Virus record (IMG/VR): IMGVR_UViG_2698536313_000008
Direction: 5' to 3' (one strand)
Source: a virus
Lineage: Duplodnaviria > Heunggongvirae > Uroviricota > Caudoviricetes
Length of the DNA: 4,318 bases
This document shows positions 1 through 4,318 of this stretch, piece by piece (the first letter of the stretch is position 1; every line of letters starts with the position of its first letter). The position numbers were made by a program, and so were the translations under genes. The notes below the pieces were generated by a model. The model was not told where the DNA came from. It saw only the letters and a list, made by a program, of their open reading frames with translations, and ran no database searches.

Positions 1-62
1 GCACGGAATTTCACTTTTTGTTCGGTATAACCGAGTAACTGGCGGGTCGTAAACAATCCCAT
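1..62 (-). CDS. E: Major capsid protein, N-terminal 20 codons only (partial; continues beyond the left edge)
   Basis: Reverse complement from ATG at 62..60 reads MGLFTTRQLLGYTEQKVKFR, which I recognise as similar to the lambda gpE N-terminus (MSMYTTAQLLAANEQKFKFD, from memory). AAGGA Shine-Dalgarno sits about 8 nt upstream on the minus strand. The 57-nt spacing after D matches the lambda D-E arrangement. Not in the supplied ORF track because it is truncated. Confidence 0.75.
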   Translation of the reverse strand, partial: MGLFTTRQLLGYTEQKVKFR

Positions 63-90
63 AAATCAGTTCCTTTCATTAAGAAATCAG

Positions 91-112
91 TCAGGCCAAC
101 GCGGTGGCCTGA
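91..112 (-). other. Perfect 8-bp inverted repeat (tcaggcca / tggcctga, 6-nt loop) in the D-E intergenic spacer; predicted RNA stem-loop
   Basis: Plus-strand 91..98 tcaggcca is the exact reverse complement of 105..112 tggcctga, with loop 99..104 acgcgg. It lies 8 nt after the D stop (120..122) and about 12 nt before the E ribosome-binding site. On the transcript it is followed by an interrupted U-rich stretch (CUGAUUUCUU). Confidence 0.5.
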
Positions 113-119
113 TAACGTG

Positions 120-467
120 TTACGGCAGCGCCGCGTGACTCAGGGCACTGCCGGTAAAGGCGTTGGCCTTTTTGTGTTCATCCACACTTTCAGGCCAGCG
201 GATTGCCTCCGTCGCAAAGGTCCCCGACTTGTAATACGTCAGCACCGCCTCTGTGCCTTCAAGCGGCAGTACCAGTATGCCAACCGCACTACCGGCTTTC
301 TGTCCATCCCAGACAACCAGTTTCCCGCTGGCTTCATCCAGCATCAGGGGCGTCAGTGCCGGTGTTGCCTGAGAAATCCCGCTGCTGCCTGTGGCGGTAT
401 GAGCCGGATCATTACCGGCAAAAATACGTACTTCTGCACGTTGTTCAGTGATGGTTTTCGTTACCAT
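120..467 (-). CDS. D: Head decoration protein (lambda gpD family), 115 aa
   Basis: Translation contains DPAHTATG, TPLMLD, KLVVWDG, AVGIL and YKSGTF blocks that align with lambda gpD (about 110 aa, from memory). ATG at 467..465 is preceded by GAGG about 10 nt upstream; TGA stop at 122..120. Confidence 0.9.
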   Translation of the reverse strand: MVTKTITEQRAEVRIFAGNDPAHTATGSSGISQATPALTPLMLDEASGKLVVWDGQKAGSAVGILVLPLEGTEAVLTYYKSGTFATEAIRWPESVDEHKKANAFTGSALSHAALP

Positions 468-503
468 ATTGTAAAAACCTCATATTGATGGTCAGCACTG
501 ACT

Positions 504-1319
504 TCATGGCATGGCCATGAGCATTTTCACGTCCGCATCACCGTCTGCTGACGTCTGTGACACGCCACCCCGCACCGCTGCCGGTGAATGATTCGCCATG
601 AAATGTTCAAACAGGGCGGTTGTGGATGCAGAGACCGGTTCTGCTTTATCCGGCGATGAGGACAGAATGTCGCGGGCAGCCTCCACCGTCATTCCGGGAA
701 ACGCCGCCAGTTTTTCAGCCTGCGCCTCAGCCCCTTTTGCCTCATCCAGAGCCATAATCTGATCACGGAGTGAGGGTCCGGCATCCGCCAGTGGTGCAGC
801 CGCAAGGATCGGGCGGGCTTTTTCCACCGTCATCTCCGGCATCGCCGCCAGCGTTGCCGCCAGTTGTTCACGACCTTTAGCCTCTTCACACGCCATAATG
901 CGATCGGCTTCACTCTGCGTGGATGCCACCGGCTGCTGTGGTGCTGCCGCGGTCAGAATCGCCCGGGCCTGTTCAACGCTCATGCCCTGTTGTCCTGCCA
1001 GCATCGTGGCAAGGTGTTCACGTCCTTTCGCTTCCTGACACGTCAGGATCCCCATCACTCGCTGGTTCTCCTGCGCGGCAGCTTCCGTTGCAGTTAATTG
1101 CGGCATAGTGCCTCCTGTATCATGTGTGTTCAGCGCCGCAGCCATCACGCTGATGGCATCCGACGCATTGATTAATTCATCCGCCAGCCCGGCCTCAATG
1201 CCGGACTGACCTTCAAAAACGGCGGCCTCTGTTCCCGTGACTGCATCAACAGACAGACCGGTATACATCGCCACTTTTTCGGCAAACATCCGGCGCGCCG
1301 CATCAATCCGCTGCTGCAT
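504..1319 (-). CDS. Nu3: Nested in-frame scaffolding protein (lambda Nu3-like), translated from an internal start of C; 271 aa if it begins at Met231 of C
   Basis: In lambda, Nu3 shares frame and stop codon with the 3' part of C. Here the internal ATG at 1319..1317 opens MQQRIDAARRMFAEKV, matching my recollection of the lambda Nu3 N-terminus, with AGAGG about 11 nt upstream. Other in-frame ATGs at 1289..1287 and 1268..1266 are alternatives. Start assignment is by analogy only. Confidence 0.5.
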   Translation of the reverse strand: MQQRIDAARRMFAEKVAMYTGLSVDAVTGTEAAVFEGQSGIEAGLADELINASDAISVMAAALNTHDTGGTMPQLTATEAAAQENQRVMGILTCQEAKGREHLATMLAGQQGMSVEQARAILTAAAPQQPVASTQSEADRIMACEEAKGREQLAATLAAMPEMTVEKARPILAAAPLADAGPSLRDQIMALDEAKGAEAQAEKLAAFPGMTVEAARDILSSSPDKAEPVSASTTALFEHFMANHSPAAVRGGVSQTSADGDADVKMLMAMP

Positions 1320-2009
1320 GTCCTGGCGAACCTCTGCCGGCAACGCTTCAAACTGATTGCCATCCACCTTGTGCGCCCCTGAGTAAATCAGCGTGATATC
1401 CACACCGGCCTGCGCCAGATGACCGGCATAGCTGACATGGCTCATCATCACGCCAATGGAGCCGATACGGGATGTCTGGGTAACCAGCCGTCGGGAGCAG
1501 GCCGACGCCAGCAGCATGGCTGCAGAACAGGCCGTGTCATTGCACAGTGCCCAGACCGGCTTCTGCTGACGGAGGCGGTAAATCATGTCAGCACAGTCAA
1601 ACGCACCGGCGGCCTGCCCGCCCGGACTGTCAATGTCCAGCAGTACACCCCGCACCTGGCTATCCGCCATTGCCTGCTGAAGACAGGCGACAATGCCGTC
1701 ATAGCCTGTCATTCCGGAAAATGGCCGCATACCCCCCAGCCGGTGCACCAGCGTGCCTGTCACCGGCAGTACAGCAATACCGTTCACCACCCGGTAAACA
1801 CGGGCCGGTCGTTTACCTCCGGCCATGTACTCGTCCGTTTCAGCCAGCATTCCGGGTGCATCAAGCTGTACCTGCTGTTGTGGTACCGAAAGACTTGCTG
1901 CCCCCATCTCGCGCCCGAGCGCGCAAAAGAAAACCCGCGCATAGGCGGGCTCCAGAAGCAGCGGTTCATTGAATGCTGCGGCAATAATGTGTGAAAGATT
2001 ACGTCTCAC
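504..2009 (-). CDS. C: Prohead protease / scaffold fusion protein (lambda gpC family, S49/ClpP-fold peptidase N-terminal domain plus scaffold C-terminal domain), 501 aa
   Basis: N-terminus MRRNLSHIIAAAFNEPLLLEPAYARVFFCALG matches the lambda gpC N-terminal region. Conserved blocks PVWALCNDTACSAAMLLASACSRRLVTQT, IGSIGVMM and ITLIYSGAHKVDGN fit the S49 peptidase family. Start is a GTG at 2009..2007, 10 nt after a GAGGAG Shine-Dalgarno, and it overlaps the portal 3' end by 11 nt (lambda B/C also overlap). Confidence 0.88.
   Translation of the reverse strand: MRRNLSHIIAAAFNEPLLLEPAYARVFFCALGREMGAASLSVPQQQVQLDAPGMLAETDEYMAGGKRPARVYRVVNGIAVLPVTGTLVHRLGGMRPFSGMTGYDGIVACLQQAMADSQVRGVLLDIDSPGGQAAGAFDCADMIYRLRQQKPVWALCNDTACSAAMLLASACSRRLVTQTSRIGSIGVMMSHVSYAGHLAQAGVDITLIYSGAHKVDGNQFEALPAEVRQDMQQRIDAARRMFAEKVAMYTGLSVDAVTGTEAAVFEGQSGIEAGLADELINASDAISVMAAALNTHDTGGTMPQLTATEAAAQENQRVMGILTCQEAKGREHLATMLAGQQGMSVEQARAILTAAAPQQPVASTQSEADRIMACEEAKGREQLAATLAAMPEMTVEKARPILAAAPLADAGPSLRDQIMALDEAKGAEAQAEKLAAFPGMTVEAARDILSSSPDKAEPVSASTTALFEHFMANHSPAAVRGGVSQTSADGDADVKMLMAMP
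621..1058 (-). repeat. Three diverged tandem repeats (about 141-150 bp, 47-50 aa each) inside the scaffold domain of C/Nu3
   Basis: Protein units begin ILTCQEAKGREHLATMLAGQQGMSVEQARAILTAAAP, IMACEEAKGREQLAATLAAMPEMTVEKARPILAAAP and IMALDEAKGAEAQAEKLAAFPGMTVEAARDILSSSP. The matching DNA is visible on the plus strand, for example gttcacgtcctttcgcttcctgacacg at about 1015..1045 against gttcacgacctttagcctcttcacacg at about 866..892, roughly 80 percent identical. Confidence 0.8.
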
Positions 2010-3591
2010 GTGGTGTTGTCTCCTCTTCCGGCCTGCGACTCTCCGCTATCTGCTGCTGATACGCCTGCGCTATCCACACCGGACGTGAGAGTCCAGCTTT
2101 TTCCCGCTCTGCAGATTCCCTGACCTGCTGGCGGAAAATGTCCTGATAATCTTCGCCCATCAGCGCCAGCTCTTTCTCATACGTGCTCAGTCCGGCCTCA
2201 ATGCGCATCACTGATTCCTGAACCTCCTTGAGCCCGTCAATGGCCATTCTTCCGGCTCCAATCCACTCAGCCCGTGACCAGGCTGATCGCGCCTGATAAA
2301 AATCAAAACGTGCCCGTGGCGGACGGATAATCCCCCGAAGAAGTGCCTCTTCCAGCCAGCAGGAAAACATCTGCGTGGCCAGCCGGGACGCAATAAATTT
2401 TCGCCGCCCCATAAAATAGCGCCACGACTCATTGGCGGATGCGCGGGCACTTGAGTAACTGACCTTCGAGTAATCACGGGACAACTGTTCGTAGGAAACG
2501 CCAAGACCGGCGGCGATATACCGCAGCAGCGCCTGTTCAAGCGCCGAAAATCCATTGTCTGAATCCTGCGCGGTCTGAAGTTTCAGATCATCACCGGGGA
2601 AAAGGTGCGGAATTTTGACACCGCCCAGCGTCACGCTATTCGTGTCATACCAGGTGGAGAACTTATCCAGAATATTAATAAGCGGATTATCCTTCTGCCC
2701 CTGCGGCGCACCGGCGATATATTCAAAGGCCTTTTCGGTATCAAGGTCACTTTCAATCGTCGCTGCATACATCGCCTTCACTATGGCCGACTGAAGCTGT
2801 GTTGCCTGCAGGGAATCCAGCATCTTCAGCCGTTCCATAACGCTGTAAAACTGATTGGCTCCACGGGTCTGCCCGTCCTCCACCGGCTCGAAAATATGCA
2901 GCATGGCCGGACGCCCGGTGGGTAGTTCACGCGGGATCCGTTCCCATCGTCCACTCCCGGAGCGAGGAAAATCATCCTCACAGATATGGTACGCAACGGC
3001 ACGGCCATATCGATCAACCTCCACACCGGCCCGCAGAAAACGGTTCCCGATACCGTGTCCTGGCGTGTCCACCCGTTTCGGACTCACGGCTTTAAAACGC
3101 GTACGAAACAGTTGCGTACTCTCCGTATCCCAGACCGGCTGCACAAAGATTTCGCCGTTAAACGCATGAACGCCCACACCTTCACGGATAAATTCCGTAA
3201 ACGTGCGTTTCCCTTCCACGTCGATCTCACCAAACATCCCTTCTGCGTATTCTGACCAGGCCGCCTCCACCTCATCGACAAAACTTTTTGCCGCGGTCTC
3301 CCGCATCCCCAGCCAGCGCCAGTTCGGACGGTAGCTGATCAGAAACATATGCCCGACAATGTGATCCTTATGCAGGGCCACCGCATTGGCCGCTATTCCG
3401 TTATTGCGCACCAGATCATCTGCACGGGCATTCCCCAGACGCAACGCGGGCAGCAGGGCCGCATCGGCACTCTGCGAGGGTGGCAACCACTCCGCCATTT
3501 GCCCGCCAAATCCTGCACCGCCACCGGTGTAGCTGAGGCTCTCCCGAAGCGGAACGCCGTTCACATCAATCAGGACAGGCGTTCGTTTCAT
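1999..3591 (-). CDS. B: Portal protein (lambda gpB family), 530 aa
   Basis: Translation aligns along its length with lambda gpB (533 aa): GNARADDLVRNNG, FEPVEDGQTRGAN.FYSVME, LQSAIVKAMYAATIES, LLRYIAAGLGVSYEQLSR, YSSARASANESW.YFMGRRKF, WIG.GRMAIDGLKEVQE and IEAGLSTYEKE. ATG at 3591..3589 overlaps the W stop as ATGA, with GAGG 4-5 nt upstream. Confidence 0.93.
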   Translation of the reverse strand: MKRTPVLIDVNGVPLRESLSYTGGGAGFGGQMAEWLPPSQSADAALLPALRLGNARADDLVRNNGIAANAVALHKDHIVGHMFLISYRPNWRWLGMRETAAKSFVDEVEAAWSEYAEGMFGEIDVEGKRTFTEFIREGVGVHAFNGEIFVQPVWDTESTQLFRTRFKAVSPKRVDTPGHGIGNRFLRAGVEVDRYGRAVAYHICEDDFPRSGSGRWERIPRELPTGRPAMLHIFEPVEDGQTRGANQFYSVMERLKMLDSLQATQLQSAIVKAMYAATIESDLDTEKAFEYIAGAPQGQKDNPLINILDKFSTWYDTNSVTLGGVKIPHLFPGDDLKLQTAQDSDNGFSALEQALLRYIAAGLGVSYEQLSRDYSKVSYSSARASANESWRYFMGRRKFIASRLATQMFSCWLEEALLRGIIRPPRARFDFYQARSAWSRAEWIGAGRMAIDGLKEVQESVMRIEAGLSTYEKELALMGEDYQDIFRQQVRESAEREKAGLSRPVWIAQAYQQQIAESRRPEEETTPRET

Positions 3592-3770
3592 AACCTCACT
3601 CCCAGCGGACGACGGCGACGGCGGGTTGTCCCCAGTACCGACTCCGCATCATTGATCGCCCGGTTAAGCTCATCCAGAGAAGCTGCCGTATATTCAATTC
3701 TGCGACCATCTTTCTGGACAGACACCACCCGTTTACCGGTTAATAAATCAAGGCGCGCCTGACGCAGCAA
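3588..3770 (-). CDS. W: Head completion / head-tail joining protein (lambda gpW family); 3' end certain, 5' end uncertain (provisional TTG start at 3770..3768, about 60 aa)
   Basis: The C-terminal 61 residues of the 149-aa track ORF (PLLRQARLDLLTGKRVVSVQKDGRRIEYTAASLDELNRAINDAESVLGTTRRRRRPLGVRL) align with lambda gpW ([24 protein letters not shown]...RRRGP). Stop TGA at 3590..3588 overlaps the portal ATG. No in-frame ATG or GTG exists at the position predicted by homology; the nearest in-frame candidate is this TTG. The rest of the 149-aa ORF is out-of-frame overlap with terminase, not W. Confidence 0.6.
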   Translation of the reverse strand: MLRQARLDLLTGKRVVSVQKDGRRIEYTAASLDELNRAINDAESVLGTTRRRRRPLGVRL

Positions 3771-4318
3771 GGGTTGGCCGGGTCGTCTCTTCTTCCCGGG
3801 ATTTTGCCAGTACAGCCAGATCAAGCTGCCAGCGTTGCACGGACACACGTAATGCCGCGTAGGCATACACCAGGCAGTCCAGCGCTTCGTTACGCCGCTT
3901 TTTGTTATCCCACAGCAGACGCATCTTTCCTTTTTCCCACTTCTCCACAAGCTCTTCCGCCACCAGTTGCTGCGCCTCTGTCTGCGAAAAAATCTCCGGA
4001 TCATCAGGAAAACGGATGGCATACGACGTGGCTTCATCCGCAGGCGTGGGATCGGCTTTCATACGGGCATAGAGAATTTCTTTTGCGGTGTCCGTCCCCA
4101 CTTCGCACAGATACACGCCCCGCTGATTGCGGGTTTTTGGCATGGTGATCACCGGCTTGCCATAAACAGATGCACCTTTTACCGGCAGCACCCGGAAAAC
4201 ACCGTGTTTTTTTGACCTCTGATAGACAATTTCGCCATCGATCCCCCCGGTGTCCCAGCAGACACGGGAAATGGTCATTTCGGTTCCGTCTGCATGGCGG
4301 TATTTTTTGTTGATCGCC
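3748..4318 (-). CDS. A: Terminase large subunit, C-terminal about 190 codons (partial; N-terminus lies beyond the right edge)
   Basis: Translation (KYRHADGTEMTISRVCWDTGGIDGEIVYQRSKKHGVFRVLPVKGASVYGKPV...RRNEALDCLVYAYAALRVSVQRWQLD...) matches the C-terminal region of lambda gpA. The frame stays open from the Met listed at 4278 through to position 4318, so that Met is internal. Stop TGA at 3750..3748. Confidence 0.9.
   Translation of the reverse strand, partial: AINKKYRHADGTEMTISRVCWDTGGIDGEIVYQRSKKHGVFRVLPVKGASVYGKPVITMPKTRNQRGVYLCEVGTDTAKEILYARMKADPTPADEATSYAIRFPDDPEIFSQTEAQQLVAEELVEKWEKGKMRLLWDNKKRRNEALDCLVYAYAALRVSVQRWQLDLAVLAKSREEETTRPTLAASGAP

Larger units (their letters stand above)
1..4318 (-). 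mobile_element. Lambda-like phage or prophage head-morphogenesis module (late operon segment), gene order A-W-B-C/Nu3-D-E
   Basis: Six consecutive minus-strand ORFs whose translations match lambda gpA, gpW, gpB, gpC, gpD and gpE in the lambda order, with overlapping or closely spaced junctions. Both window edges fall inside genes, so the element continues on both sides. Confidence 0.85.

Noticed and set aside
17-79. Short ORF from ATG at 79..77 (MKGTDLWDCLRPASYSVIPNKK)
   Set aside because: Out of frame with the capsid-like N-terminus that starts at 62; the apparent AAAGGA motif just downstream of this ATG is better explained as the Shine-Dalgarno of E.
117-488. Plus-strand ORFs 117..488 (123 aa) and 203..451 (82 aa)
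   Set aside because: Antisense to the well-supported decoration protein gene D; translations are Cys/Arg-rich with no recognisable family features, typical of shadow ORFs in GC-rich coding DNA.
621-1058. Tandem repeats as a CRISPR array or other non-coding repeat
   Set aside because: The units are about 141-150 bp, diverged, in frame and entirely inside a coding sequence with conserved protein motifs. There are no short identical direct repeats separated by unique spacers.
864-1994. Plus-strand ORFs 864..1097, 923..1108, 1419..1994 and 1547..1972, and minus-strand ORFs 1172..1363 and 1784..1984
   Set aside because: All lie inside the C protease/scaffold gene, antisense or out of frame; their translations are low-complexity and Arg/Pro/Cys-rich. 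The homology-supported frame is the 501-aa minus-strand ORF.
2208-3281. ORFs 2208..2555(-), 2605..2925(+), 2826..3026(-), 2855..3169(+), 2986..3255(+) and 3084..3281(-)
   Set aside because: All are embedded in the portal gene in alternative frames or antisense; the 530-aa portal frame aligns with lambda gpB along its full length, leaving no room for real overlapping genes.
3588-4037. The full 149-aa minus-strand ORF as a single gene
   Set aside because: Only the C-terminal roughly 60 residues resemble gpW. The upstream part (MKPRRMPSVFLMIRRFFRRQRR...) is an out-of-frame read through the terminase coding region and is not a plausible protein.
3349-4215. Plus-strand ORFs 3349..3762, 3774..4148 and 3967..4215
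   Set aside because: Antisense to the portal, W and terminase genes; no ribosome-binding sites and no recognisable protein features.
3748-4278. Met at 4278 as the terminase start (176-aa protein)
   Set aside because: The reading frame stays open upstream to the window edge (4279..4317 encodes AINKKYRHADGTE) and homology to lambda gpA continues through it, so the gene is a 3' fragment of a much longer terminase ORF.
1-4318. Possibility that the window hides a novel defence or accessory system
   Set aside because: Every coding segment is accounted for by a recognisable head-assembly protein in canonical order, and intergenic space totals under 100 nt. I found nothing in the sequence to support such a claim.

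Overview
The whole window is one tightly packed, minus-strand block of phage head-morphogenesis genes in the canonical lambda order: terminase large subunit (A, C-terminal part, runs off the right edge), head completion protein W, portal B, prohead protease/scaffold C with nested Nu3, decoration protein D, and the first codons of major capsid protein E (runs off the left edge). Calls rest on my own reading of the six-frame translations against lambda protein sequences recalled from memory; no search was run. Genes are joined by overlaps or short spacers with Shine-Dalgarno motifs, and every plus-strand ORF in the track is an antisense shadow. I do not see a novel or undescribed system here: there is no inserted cargo, defence gene, RNA gene or CRISPR array. 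The points worth a second look are modest: a three-copy diverged tandem repeat inside the scaffold domain of C/Nu3, an unclear start codon for W where the terminase reading frame overruns the expected W N-terminus, and a perfect 8-bp hairpin between D and E.
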